Of a DNA stretch of 64,000 nt, positions 40,530 through 51,087 are shown in pieces. Made by a program: the position numbers and the translations under genes. Source of the stretch: an uncultured candidate division Zixibacteria bacterium. Lineage in GTDB: Bacteria; Zixibacteria; MSB-5A5; UBA10806. Position 1 is the first letter of the stretch; each line of letters starts with the position of its first letter. The stretch spans positions 672,001-736,000 of the forward strand of contig CAWDFP010000006.1 in assembly GCA_963801605.1 (NCBI GenBank). Reading direction: 5' to 3'. Below the pieces are notes generated by a model. That model made no database searches. It saw nothing but the letters and a program-made list of their open reading frames with translations, and was not told the origin of the DNA.

Positions 40530-41523
40530 ACAGCAGTTACTCCTGATACTCATTATCGGAGCGGCTCTGTTATATGACTTTGTCAACGGTTTCCACGATG
40601 CCGCTAATGCCATAGCCACTACGATTGCCACCCATGCCCTCTCGCCGCGCAATGCAATTCTCCTGGCCCGAACGCTCAATTTCGTGGGCGGACTCTTACA
40701 TACCGCCGTAGCATACACGGTGGGAAAGGGGATCGTCGACAGCCAGATAATAACGCTACCGATTATCCTGGGTGCGCTTATGGGCGCGGTGTTATGGGGC
40801 TATTTTACATGGTATTTCGGTTTGCCATCAAGCTCCACCTACGCCTTAATGGGCGGGCTAATAGGTGTTGCATTGTATGCTAATAATTTCAACACGTCCG
40901 TGTTAATCGAATCCGGTATTATTAAAAACCTGACCGTTATGGCAATTTCGCCTTTTATCGGAATAATTGCAGGGTTGATACTTATTGTCCTTTTTAGTTG
41001 GATTGCCTGGCCGTTTTCACATCGGGTTACCTCTGTTGTTTACAAGAGGCTTCAGGTTCTTTCGGCATCGCTCATGGCCATTTCCCATGGTATGAATGAT
41101 GCCCAACACACCATGGGAATTATTACAGTCGCGCTCCTTTCAGCCGGAGTAATACACGAGTTCCATGTGCCACTCTGGGTCCGATTTACGTCTGCCTTTA
41201 TGATGGGACTGGGCACTTCCGTTGGCGGCTGGAAAATTATAAAAACCATGGGCACGAAAATGACCAATCTTCATGAGCCTATCGATGGCTGCGCAGCCGA
41301 AACTGCCGCCGGTACAGTCATCATGACTGCCGCATATTCGGGTCTGCTCGTTTCTACGACCCAGGTTATTACGGGCGCCATTGCCGGCACGGCGCTGGCC
41401 AGGGGACCGGGTAAAGTTAATTGGCGAGTACTTGGAAATATACTCATGGCCTGGGTGTTGACCCTGCCCGGAGCGGCCATTTTTGGCATTATTACTTATT
41501 TGATAGTAGTGAAAATTTTCTAA
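40522..41523 (+). CDS. Inorganic phosphate transporter, PiT family
   Basis: NGFHDAANAIAT, GLPSSS, SHG.NDAQ, GGWKIIKTMG and W.LTLP. Confidence 0.93.
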   Translation: MFEQQLLLILIIGAALLYDFVNGFHDAANAIATTIATHALSPRNAILLARTLNFVGGLLHTAVAYTVGKGIVDSQIITLPIILGALMGAVLWGYFTWYFGLPSSSTYALMGGLIGVALYANNFNTSVLIESGIIKNLTVMAISPFIGIIAGLILIVLFSWIAWPFSHRVTSVVYKRLQVLSASLMAISHGMNDAQHTMGIITVALLSAGVIHEFHVPLWVRFTSAFMMGLGTSVGGWKIIKTMGTKMTNLHEPIDGCAAETAAGTVIMTAAYSGLLVSTTQVITGAIAGTALARGPGKVNWRVLGNILMAWVLTLPGAAIFGIITYLIVVKIF

Positions 41524-41544
41524 TTATATCGAAGATTATTTTAT

Positions 41545-41578
41545 AAAAACAAAGGGCGATCTCATGAAAGATCGCCCT
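41545..41578 (-). terminator. Terminator hairpin between convergent PiT and hutH
   Basis: AGGGCGATCT-CATGAA-AGATCGCCCT with a T-rich tail on the minus strand. Confidence 0.7.
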
Positions 41579-41604
41579 GATAATAATCGAATATTGATTT
41601 GAAA

Positions 41605-43135
41605 TTAGCTCAGCCTTAATGGCAGTTCGCCAATTTCGGCCTCTACCGCGTCGAGAATAGTGCTAGTTGCGCACCAACTCGGCGATCTTATTGACATCGG
41701 GATAGAGCACCCGATCCTGTTTGAGGAATGTTACATGCTGACGGATAACATCATAAGCCACTTTCGTCCCGCGTCCGGGCTTTAGCGGTTTCCGGAAATC
41801 CATCGCCTGCGCCGCGGCGTACATTTCAATCGCCAATACCGCGCCTACGTTCTTCAATATCTCCTTGCACTTTCTGACCGCTATCGGCGACATCGCCACA
41901 TGGTCTTCTTGATCGGCCGAAACTGAGATCGAATCCACTGTCGATGGGTGCGAGAGCACTTTGTTTTCAGAGACCAAAGCTGCTGCTGTATACTGAGCTA
42001 CCATCAGGCCGGAATTGAGTCCCTGGCCATCAACTAAGAAATCCGGTAAACCGGAAAGCACGGGGTTGAGCAGACGGTTGCAATGACGTTCGGAAAGATC
42101 GGCTACCTCCGCCATCGCGATGCACAGGAAATCGATTGCCATTCCCAGGCATTGACCGTGGAAATTGCCGCCCGCTAAGTAAGCGTTATCATCCGGGAAG
42201 AAGAGCGGATTATCGGCTGTGGAGTTCATCTCGGTTTCGATTTGCTCGCGCACGTAGTACCAGCAATCCACCGATGGCCCCAGAACCTGCGGCGTACAGC
42301 GCATCGAGTATCCATCCTGCACCTTGCTTGATTTTTCGGCGATAATTTCCGAATCGGCCATCAGTTCGCGAAGATTGCGGGCTACTACATTCTGTCCTTT
42401 GAATGGTCGAACTGCGTGAATTCGCGCGTCGTAAGCAGTTGGTACGCCCTTAAGTGCATCGATCGTCATGGCTGATGCGATAAACGCATTCTTTAGAAGC
42501 CGTCTGGCGTCCTGTAAAAGCAGCCCTGAACCCGATGTCACCATTTGGGAGCCGTTGATTAGCCCCAGACCTTCTTTATATGTCGGCTTGACAGGTTCGA
42601 TACCGGCCTTGGCCATGGCATCACACCCGTCCATGAGTTGGCCTTTATAATATGCTTTACCCTCTCCCAGACACACTTCGGCAAGTTGCGCCAGCGGGGA
42701 AAGATCTCCCGATGTACCCACCGAGCCTTTTTCGTACACAAACGGCGTCACGCCGCGATTCAGCATCTTAACGAATACGTCGGCGGTGGAAAAACGGACA
42801 CCTGAGTTGCCGCGAGCCAGTACATTGGCGCGAAGAGCCATTGCGCCGCGGACGTCAGCCTCCGGGAATGGATCGCCGGTTCCAGCAGCGTGGCTGTAAA
42901 TAATGTTTCTCTGAAGCTGCTCGCCTTGTTCCGGGCTGACTCTAATCCGGGCAAACTCGCCGATTCCGGTTGTTACTCCGTAAATCGCTTTACCCGATTT
43001 AACCATCTCTTCGACAATATTCCAGCAACGCTCGATTTTGGTGCGAGCCTCGTCGGAATATGCCACTTCAGCCTTCTTGCGAGCTATAGACTCGAGCTTC
43101 TCTATTGTCATGTTTTGACCGTCGATAAAAATCAT
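41605..43135 (-). CDS. hutH: Histidine ammonia-lyase (MIO family); an extra base at about 41665 creates a premature TAG, corrected end ...STILDAVEAEIGELPLRLS*
   Basis: YGVTTG.G, SH specificity pair (IIYSHAAG), GTSGDL.PLA, KEGL.LING, QD.YS.RC.PQV, GNFHG and QEDHV. Confidence 0.8.
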
Positions 43136-43514
43136 GTTATCTCCTTTGAAATCTCGCCAATTGTCGGCATCACAAAATCACCTTATCTTTGTCCTGGCGG
43201 AGCAACGATCCTGTCAATCATCCAATTTCCCGGATGTGCCCCGGTAAAATCACCAGCCACTAATATGCAATTTTATGGTCCCAATAGCAAGCGCAGTAAA
43301 CATGGGGACCCAGGCCATATTGAGGCCGCTACTCCGAAGCCTATATATATTTTACGTTTGAACAAAAGTCCCAGTTGCTATTTTTTGATACATCGATTAC
43401 ATCATTTTTGGGGTTAATGAAGCCCTAAAATTTAGATAATACTACTTATTTACTCCTCGAAACCCTGTCCCAATTTTCCGAGTTGAACTAATTGTATTAC
43501 AAGGATTTGAAGAA

Positions 43515-44885
43515 GTGAAGTATCTGGAAAGCATTTTAGAAAGTATCGGCAAAACGCCGCTTATTAAGCTTAATAAATTGGCGTCCCCTAACGGTCCCAC
43601 AATTTTGGTTAAGGCCGAATATTTAAATCCCGGGGGGTCGATCAAAGACCGCATGGCCCTCTATATAATCGAAAAAGCCGAGCGTGAGGGACTCCTTAAG
43701 CCCGGCGGAACGATTGTTGAAAACACTTCGGGCAATACTGGTATGGGTGTGGCCCTGGTCGCCGCGGTCAAAGGCTACAAGGCTATATTCACCATGCCCG
43801 ATAAGATGTCTACGGAGAAGGTTAATCTCTTAAAAGCTTTCGGGGCGCGGGTGGTAATTACCCCTACCGACGTACCACCCGATTCACCAAAAAGCTACTA
43901 TGAGACCGCCAAACGAATCGCCTCGGAAACGCCAAATTCATTTTATATCAACCAATACCATAATCCTGATAATATCGATGCGCACTACCATCTGACCGGT
44001 CCTGAAATCTATGACCAAACCGAAGGGAATATCACCCATCTGGTAGCCGGTATGGGTACTGGCGGCACTATCTCCGGCGTAGGACGATACCTTAAACAGA
44101 AGATTCCGAATATTAAAATAATTGGAGTTGATCCGATAGGCTCAGTGTTTTACGATTATTTCAAATCTCATAAACTGATCAAGCCCCATGTATACAAAGT
44201 CGAGGGTTTGGGAGAAGATATGCTAACCGGGGCGCTCGACTTTTCAGTTATCGATGATATGATTCAGGTGACCGATCAGGATTGCTTCCTAACCGCACGC
44301 GATTTAGCTCGCAATGAGGGAATTTTTGCCGGAGGTTCTTCCGGCGGCGCGTTATATGCCGCTTTTCAAGTTGCGAAAAAGGCTAATCCTGAAGATATCA
44401 TCGTCGTTATATTGCCTGACGCCGGCGGGCGATATCTTTCGAAAATGTACAATGATAGCTGGATGTCTGATAATGGCTTTTTCCCACTTGAGACGATGCC
44501 TGGTCATGTATCCGAACTTGTCGAAAATGGGCACATGGCGCCGGTTGTTATTGGAGCCGAAAAGCCGATCAAGGATGCCATCATACTAATGAAAGAATAC
44601 AATATCTCGCAGCTTCCGGTCAGAGATAATGGAGATGTCATTGGTATGGTCTATGAGATTGACCTATTGCGCGCGCTCGCTGCCAGAACCGGAAGCCTTG
44701 ACGACCCCGTGCGCCAGGTTGCCGAGCGTCAAATTTCAAAGGTTAGTCCCGATGAGCCAATCTCACATCTAGCCGAAATATTTACCGAACAGGGGGATGC
44801 GGTCCTGGTTATGCGCGATAATAATCTGATAGGCGTGCTTACGAAAATTGATCTTATAACATATTTAGCGCGGAGCAAATCGTGA
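43515..44885 (+). CDS. Cystathionine beta-synthase with C-terminal CBS pair
   Basis: IGKTPL, NPGGSIKDR, TSGNTG.G, GTGGTISG, VEG.GED, PD.G.RYLSK.YND.W and CBS domains. Confidence 0.9.
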   Translation: MKYLESILESIGKTPLIKLNKLASPNGPTILVKAEYLNPGGSIKDRMALYIIEKAEREGLLKPGGTIVENTSGNTGMGVALVAAVKGYKAIFTMPDKMSTEKVNLLKAFGARVVITPTDVPPDSPKSYYETAKRIASETPNSFYINQYHNPDNIDAHYHLTGPEIYDQTEGNITHLVAGMGTGGTISGVGRYLKQKIPNIKIIGVDPIGSVFYDYFKSHKLIKPHVYKVEGLGEDMLTGALDFSVIDDMIQVTDQDCFLTARDLARNEGIFAGGSSGGALYAAFQVAKKANPEDIIVVILPDAGGRYLSKMYNDSWMSDNGFFPLETMPGHVSELVENGHMAPVVIGAEKPIKDAIILMKEYNISQLPVRDNGDVIGMVYEIDLLRALAARTGSLDDPVRQVAERQISKVSPDEPISHLAEIFTEQGDAVLVMRDNNLIGVLTKIDLITYLARSKS

Positions 44886-46018
44886 AAGACGACAAATTAT
44901 ATCGTATCGGGACCCGGGCAGTTCATGGAGGCGTGGAACCCGACCAGTTAACCGGGGCTGTCATGACTCCCATCTATCAAACTGCGACATACGCCCAAAG
45001 CGAACCGGGAGTAACCAAAGGTTATGATTATTCCCGAACCAATAACCCTACCCGTGAGGCGCTGGAACATGCGCTGGCATCTCTTGAAAATGCTGATTAC
45101 GGAATTGCTTTTTCCAGCGGAATGGGGGCTGTTACTGCGGTTATGCAAATGCTGCAGTCAAGCGACCATGTGATTTGTTCCGATGATGTTTACGGCGGTA
45201 CGTTTCGGCTTTTCGATAAGATTTTCAAGCATTTTATGCTCGAGTTTAGTTTCGTAGATACCACCGACGTTAAAAATATCGAGCTTTCACTTACGCCCAT
45301 GACAAAACTGTTCTGGATTGAGACCCCCACCAATCCGACGCTCAAAATTACTGATATTGTCAAAGCGGTTGAATTAGCAAAGAAAGTTGGAGCTCTCGTT
45401 GTCGTTGATAACACTTTCATGTCGCCGTATTTTCAGAGCCCTCTTTTTCAGGGAGCCGATTTGGTACTTTATTCAACCACTAAGTATATTTCGGGACACT
45501 CAGATGTTATTGGCGGCGCGATTGTAACCAACAACGCCAATCTTGCCGAAAAATTACATTTTATTCAAAATGCCTCTGGCGCTATCCCCGGTCCCATGGA
45601 TTGTTTCTTGACCCTGCGGGGAATTAAAACCATTCATTTACGAATGGCACGCCATGAGGAAAACGCCCAAAAAATATACGAATATCTCATGACTCAACCC
45701 AGCGTGAAGAAGCTTTATTATCCTGGAAACCCAAATCATCATAATCACAGCATTCAATGTCGCCAGGCTTGCGGGTACGGAGCCATTATTTCAATTGAAC
45801 TGGGCGACCTGCAGAGCGCCAAAAAATTCATATCTGGCTTAAAGATATTTACGTTAGCCGAATCGCTGGGCGGAGTTGAATCTTTAATAGATCATCCTGC
45901 TATTATGACTCATGCTTCGCTAACGCCTGAAGCCCGGCAAGCCCTGGGAATCACCGATGGTTTCATCAGGCTCTCTATCGGAATAGAGGATGCTGAAGCG
46001 CCCGAATTGCGGAAATAG
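44882..46018 (+). CDS. Cystathionine gamma-lyase/synthase, apparently missing its last helix
   Basis: YSRT.NPT, DVYGGT, ETPTNP, VDNTF, STTKYISGHSD and AESLGGVESL. It ends IGIEDAE-APELRK instead of the usual DLI.DL..AL. Confidence 0.88.
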   Translation: MKDDKLYRIGTRAVHGGVEPDQLTGAVMTPIYQTATYAQSEPGVTKGYDYSRTNNPTREALEHALASLENADYGIAFSSGMGAVTAVMQMLQSSDHVICSDDVYGGTFRLFDKIFKHFMLEFSFVDTTDVKNIELSLTPMTKLFWIETPTNPTLKITDIVKAVELAKKVGALVVVDNTFMSPYFQSPLFQGADLVLYSTTKYISGHSDVIGGAIVTNNANLAEKLHFIQNASGAIPGPMDCFLTLRGIKTIHLRMARHEENAQKIYEYLMTQPSVKKLYYPGNPNHHNHSIQCRQACGYGAIISIELGDLQSAKKFISGLKIFTLAESLGGVESLIDHPAIMTHASLTPEARQALGITDGFIRLSIGIEDAEAPELRK

Positions 46019-47870
46019 CGATCGCCACAGGGGCAATCCCTGAACATGTAGCTATTGATTCGGCTGGTCCGGAATCCCAGATTATCGTCATCGATATAAG
46101 GAGTTGTTCCGCAATAATCGATAGCGATGTTCATTGTTTCATTTATGGTAAAGGCTTCCCATACCTGATCGTAACTGTCGTTTTCACAGTCATTGTTGGC
46201 ATTGATGTTGTTTCCGGTAAAGGTAAGCGTACTCCCTGCGGTCGAGTTCGGATGGAGTGACATCTTCGCAGTTGTCGTTGGGTGGCGGGGGAGGGGCCAG
46301 ATCAATATCCAACTGATAAAAACCGCAATCGCTGGGATGCACACCTTCAATAGTTAGATAATATGTTCCCGGATCCAAAGAGGCGCTGACCTCGGCGAGA
46401 TCATTGCAGGCGCCGTCGTTGGAGGCGATATCGTCGGAACAAATTGTGGTGCCGAGTCGCATTTTAGCGCCCATTCCCGACACCGAATGTTGCTCATTCC
46501 AATTGGCGCTGGTATTGCACATAGAGAATATCCATACGGAATCGGGATAAGGAATTGTGATTTCCCAAATTTGATCTTCGCTGGCTTGTGACGGACAATC
46601 ATTGCCGGCCCCGCAAGTTGTCTGGCTGGGATCGGCCCAGGTTCCGCGGGCAGCAGTGATTTGATAATCGGGAGTCGGTGTAACATATTCTTCGACGTTC
46701 ACAGTAAAAGCGAAATCTCTTGGTGTTTGTCCTACCCAACAAGGGAAGTAAATTGTAGTTGGACCGGCAATTTGGGCAGATAGAACTGCATATTGATAAG
46801 TGTAATAATTTTCCCAGTTGGGGTAGCAATAACCCCACTCAAGATTATCGAATTCGTGACGTTCAGTGCAGTCGCAATTTGGCATCCAGGCGTTCCCGAT
46901 ACGATCGATACCCAGCGAATCTACTAATGCGCAGGTCGGGGAGAAATCAATAGTTAACTGGTTCGAAACATAAGGCAATTCGATAGTATACCAAACGCCA
47001 TTCCAGTTATCATCGAGGAATCCCGGGCAATCGGCCGTCGCGTTGATGTCGGTGCCGGTGATGGTTTGCGGGTATGGGCCGGTGATAGCTTCGAGCTTCC
47101 GAACACTGATCATTGGGAGGAGTAGCCTCGCAAGGATCTTCGGCGCATGACAGATAGGGTGAGAAGGTACCGCCCAACAGATTACAGTCCTGTATGGAAT
47201 TGTCTACGCAGGTCGGGCTATGGGGATCACCGTAACAGCAGCGTCCCGTTTCAGGGGCATCGGATATTTTGACGTCATCGATAAAAGGAACACCCATTCC
47301 CCAACCCCAACCGCTATATGCCACGAAAACAATTTTGGCATCGTTTGACAATGAAATGAAAGGCACAATGTTTTGTTGCCATTGCATCAGGAAATGAGGA
47401 TTAAGTTCTGAGGCCGGTACCTGGTATAAGCGTGTCAGTGCATCGCCTTCTTTTAGATAAACTATAACGGAATCGGCGGCCCAATTGCTTGGATACCAAC
47501 TCCAAAATCTCAAGACAAAGAACTCGGAACGGCCCGATAAATCCATGCTTGGTGTCATTATCGAATCGACCACATCACCCGGAGTATCAAAAAGCGGAAA
47601 GTAAGCGCAATAGCTTCCGGTATGAGGGGAACCGGGACTCCAATCGGGATTCCAGTAAGTGCCATCGCCATACAGCCATGGATTTAGCCCAGGGCTGTCA
47701 GTCCAGCCAGCGGGTATCGCCCCGCCATTTTCAAATCCTTCTTCATACACCACATCCTGAATGGTGGGCGGATCCGGATTTGTAACCAGGTTTACGTTGT
47801 TGTTAGTTGCCCTTGCCAAACAGATGCAGCACAACATTAGAGCAATAGACAACGGTAGAATTTTTCGCAT
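45910..47870 (-). CDS. Large secreted Cys-rich modular protein (adhesin-like N-domain, PPNDxC modules); two indels (about 47093, 46244) and truncated at about 45998
   Basis: AAGGAG RBS and signal peptide; YEEGFE.G..P.GW...IDDV.I; CC......C.D....C..LGG.F...SC..DPC; repeated PPND.C...TG.NINA..DC. Confidence 0.7.
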
Positions 47871-48147
47871 GTCTTTTCTCCTTAGCAGAACCAACAAAGA
47901 ATCATCATTTTGCTTTTCGAGTTGTTTTACAGCTTTAAAAGAAACTTACTACCCTGATTTCCGCAGAAGACTTTGTTAAGTGATTACAAAAAAAGATTAT
48001 AGTAACAATTTTGGCGCTTAAAATCTTCCTTTCGAGTTAAAATCTATTTCCCTGATATATTTGCTCTTTTGTTTCAAAGAGAATGCTGGACGAGTTTTCA
48101 TGATATTATTACCCAAATACCCAAAGGTTTACATGATTATCTATTGC

Positions 48148-49071
48148 CTACGGCTTTTCTTTCTTTTTACTGAAATCAGAGAGCGGTATTTTGTGTTTGC
48201 CAACGATATAATAATCTCTGGATTTTTCCCAGAATGATTCAAATAGAAGCTTAAAGCTTTTGGCTAATGCCTGATGTTCAGCTACTAGACTGGTCACCGA
48301 TGGTTTTCCGATAATCGGGTCAACCAGGGCGAACAAAGCAGTTTTTTCGTCAAAAATGGCCAGTTTAATGGGAAGCTCCTCGATCACTCTGGCTTCCTCG
48401 CCTTGATTAATCAGGTCGCTCGCGGCTTCGAGCAGCGAATTCTGAGCCTGCCTTTCTGACGGAAGTTCGTAAATAGTTCTGGTCTTAACGCCCCTTTTTA
48501 AGGCATCAATCTGTGGATTTTTTTGTTCCTGTTGTTGTTCTCTGGTCGTAAATGAATACGGCGGTTTTGTAAAGACCAGGATTTCAAACTTGGTTTCATC
48601 GCAAAGCTGAATGACCTTGTGACGGACTTGCAGTGGGTCTCGGAGAATCTCGATATAGTCAAACGGGGCGCTGTCATATTGATTTCCCTTAAAAAGAGAA
48701 TCTAACTCATCGGTGACAAGCTCGATATCTTCCTGAACAGCTTTTTTTCGGTGCAAAATCTCTTTGCGCTTTTCCTCTAGGTTCTCCAATTCGGTTTCGA
48801 TAGAGGTATCAAGATTTTCCAGCGATTTCTCCTTGAGGAGCCAGGGGTCAGCGGCGGCATACTTTTTCATTTTGCCGGGGATCAAGACGCTCAACCCTTT
48901 GGATAGCAGCTTTTCTAAAGACTCGTAAGCATTGGGTTTGGGGATTCCCGCCAATTTAGCTACTTCGCCGACATTAAGCGACTTTCGTTCAAGCAGTGCC
49001 AAGTAGCATTTAGCCTCATATTCGGAAAATCCCAAACGCTTGATTTTTTCAAAAAGCCTGATGTTGTTCAT
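48148..49071 (-). CDS. TrmB-family transcriptional regulator
   Basis: LGFSEYEAK.Y.ALL...EVAK.AGIP....YE.LE.L..KGL HTH, with C-terminal LPIKLAIFD and F...WE. GGAG RBS. Confidence 0.88.
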   Translation of the reverse strand: MNNIRLFEKIKRLGFSEYEAKCYLALLERKSLNVGEVAKLAGIPKPNAYESLEKLLSKGLSVLIPGKMKKYAAADPWLLKEKSLENLDTSIETELENLEEKRKEILHRKKAVQEDIELVTDELDSLFKGNQYDSAPFDYIEILRDPLQVRHKVIQLCDETKFEILVFTKPPYSFTTREQQQEQKNPQIDALKRGVKTRTIYELPSERQAQNSLLEAASDLINQGEEARVIEELPIKLAIFDEKTALFALVDPIIGKPSVTSLVAEHQALAKSFKLLFESFWEKSRDYYIVGKHKIPLSDFSKKKEKP

Positions 49072-49527
49072 CTTAAATCTCCAGTAGTAGCTGTTGCATA
49101 TAAGAAAGCACCAACTACAATATATATCGGTTGCTTTTTTCGTCAAGTTAAAAATTTATGGATGCAGCTACTACGATGATTATATCGGAACCGCCTCCCC
49201 AAATTATGTTTAATTGGCTATCTTCTTGTATTTCAATTTATTACAATAGTTGGTCTATAAATGTTCTCTATTGGATGACAAATTATCACGGGAAACGCGT
49301 ACAAGTTTTTAATTAACCTTTTCGCCCACCACCGTTTTGATAACTTAAACAATTGCAAGGCCTTACGACGAAATCTTGTTGTCGTGCGATTTCAGCCTAT
49401 TCCTAATAAAAGATTATATGTGAAAATTTGATTTATTTAGAAAATTAGGTTCGAGGGTGGATTCGATAATTAAAGATTCTAAGATGGAATCCCTATAATA
49501 TTGATTTGGCGTTTACGATTTATAAGG

Positions 49528-49869
49528 TTAATACTTAAATCTTTTCGAAAGCAGATTTACCAAAATCTTCTGCAATTCTAAAAGATGATCTTCCAAAGCC
49601 TCCTGCTGAATGCTGTGGCTTTGAAGTTTATGATCATATTTGGATTTCCAGGATAGGACCTTGTCGATCTTTTTGGTGTTTTTCGGATTTAGTTTAATCC
49701 CCTCATTTTCGCTTTCAAGAATTTTGAAATAGGTACCAAACTGTTCACGATCCTGCTCCAGTTTCTTGGAACGCAAATCAACTATGGCCCTATGAGCTTC
49801 AAGAGTCTTTTCGAGATCATCTTTTAATCGATGTAACAGCTCCCGGGGATTATGATCTTTTGCTGCCAT
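49528..49869 (-). CDS. Hypothetical helical/coiled-coil protein
   Basis: 113-aa charged, helical ORF starting 5 nt after the GT28 stop. Confidence 0.55.
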   Translation of the reverse strand: MAAKDHNPRELLHRLKDDLEKTLEAHRAIVDLRSKKLEQDREQFGTYFKILESENEGIKLNPKNTKKIDKVLSWKSKYDHKLQSHSIQQEALEDHLLELQKILVNLLSKRFKY

Positions 49870-49873
49870 TTCC

Positions 49874-51070
49874 CTATTTTCCTTCACGCTGCGAATTTAA
49901 TAGAATAGCGGCAATCTTTTCCGATGAATCCGGACGGGCAACAGCTCTGGCACGGGATTTCATCTGTTTTAGATGCTCGGGGTGATCCAGGATTCCGTTT
50001 ACCTTGTGGCATAAACCGGAAAGTTGGTCGACTCGAACCGCCACCCCTTGTTCCAGGAAATAGTCACAGTTGCGAACTTCCTGCCCCGGATATGGTCTGA
50101 ATATCACCATTGGCAGCCCGTTTGCCAGGCACTCCGATGTCGTCAAAGCTCCGGCCTTGGTGATCGCCAGATCCGAAACCGCCATAAGCTCATCCATAAA
50201 ATCGATATAACCGTAAAATTGATACTTGATATCATTCTCTACCAATCGTTCTTTGACGATCTCCGGAATAGGATAGTGCTTACCGGCCACCACGATTATT
50301 TGAATCGATCGTTGGCAGCCGCCCAGCCAATAGAGCATATCCTTGATATTCTGACTGCCAAACATGCCGCCTAATATGAGGATAGTACGCCGCTCCGGAT
50401 CGAGTTGAAATTTGCGTTTAAGCTCTGCTATGTCCTTAACTTGTCCAAACGACGGGTGAATCGGTATTCCAACCGATTCGATTTTTTCGGTGCCAAGAAA
50501 GAGCGAATAGGGCAAAAGCTCTGCCCTGAGCTGTTCCGTGGCGACGAAAACATAATCCTGCCCGGATGCGATCCAGACCGGATGAACACCATAATCTGTT
50601 ACGACCGTAGATATATTGCAGGTATTGTCATGCTTTAGCTTGTAATGTCCCGATGCCCAGCTTGAAAGAAAATGCGATGAAACCAAATAATCCGGTTTCT
50701 CATTTTTTAGAAATCTGAAGAGCGGGGCCAATATCGTAAACCAGAACGACCGTTCCCAAAAGCCGATTGGCTTAAATCCTGAAAGGTCCGAGCCGCTTTC
50801 ATAAATAAGGTACCAGAGCATCGGATATCTACTCGCTACTGTTATATAACCACTCGAATAGAGTTTCGATATCGGTTTGGGCATGTAATTCAGAATATCT
50901 ATCAATCGAATTTCAGCGTCCGGCCGCTGATTTTTCAGCGAGTGCAAAATAGCCATGCAGGCGCTGCGATGACCAGCCCCCGCAGAGGCGTAAAGCAAAA
51001 AGATTTTTGGCGGCTTGAGTTTTACGCCAGCCGCTATTTTTGATATGGCATTTGTTTGCTTTTCGACCAT
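49874..51070 (-). CDS. GT28 diacylglycerol glycosyltransferase (MGDG synthase/UgtP-like)
   Basis: S.GAGH..A, VVTDY.VH..W, GIPI...F, ITKAG.LT.SE and P.PGQE.RN. Confidence 0.88.
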   Translation of the reverse strand: MVEKQTNAISKIAAGVKLKPPKIFLLYASAGAGHRSACMAILHSLKNQRPDAEIRLIDILNYMPKPISKLYSSGYITVASRYPMLWYLIYESGSDLSGFKPIGFWERSFWFTILAPLFRFLKNEKPDYLVSSHFLSSWASGHYKLKHDNTCNISTVVTDYGVHPVWIASGQDYVFVATEQLRAELLPYSLFLGTEKIESVGIPIHPSFGQVKDIAELKRKFQLDPERRTILILGGMFGSQNIKDMLYWLGGCQRSIQIIVVAGKHYPIPEIVKERLVENDIKYQFYGYIDFMDELMAVSDLAITKAGALTTSECLANGLPMVIFRPYPGQEVRNCDYFLEQGVAVRVDQLSGLCHKVNGILDHPEHLKQMKSRARAVARPDSSEKIAAILLNSQREGK

Positions 51071-51087
51071 TTCAATTAAATTATACG

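Noticed and set aside
43140..43510. Riboswitch or sigma54 promoter in the hutH/CBS divergent spacer
   Set aside because: Only one imperfect hairpin (GGTCCC...GGGACC); no SAM or other aptamer consensus, and the GG-to-GC spacing is off by one for sigma54.
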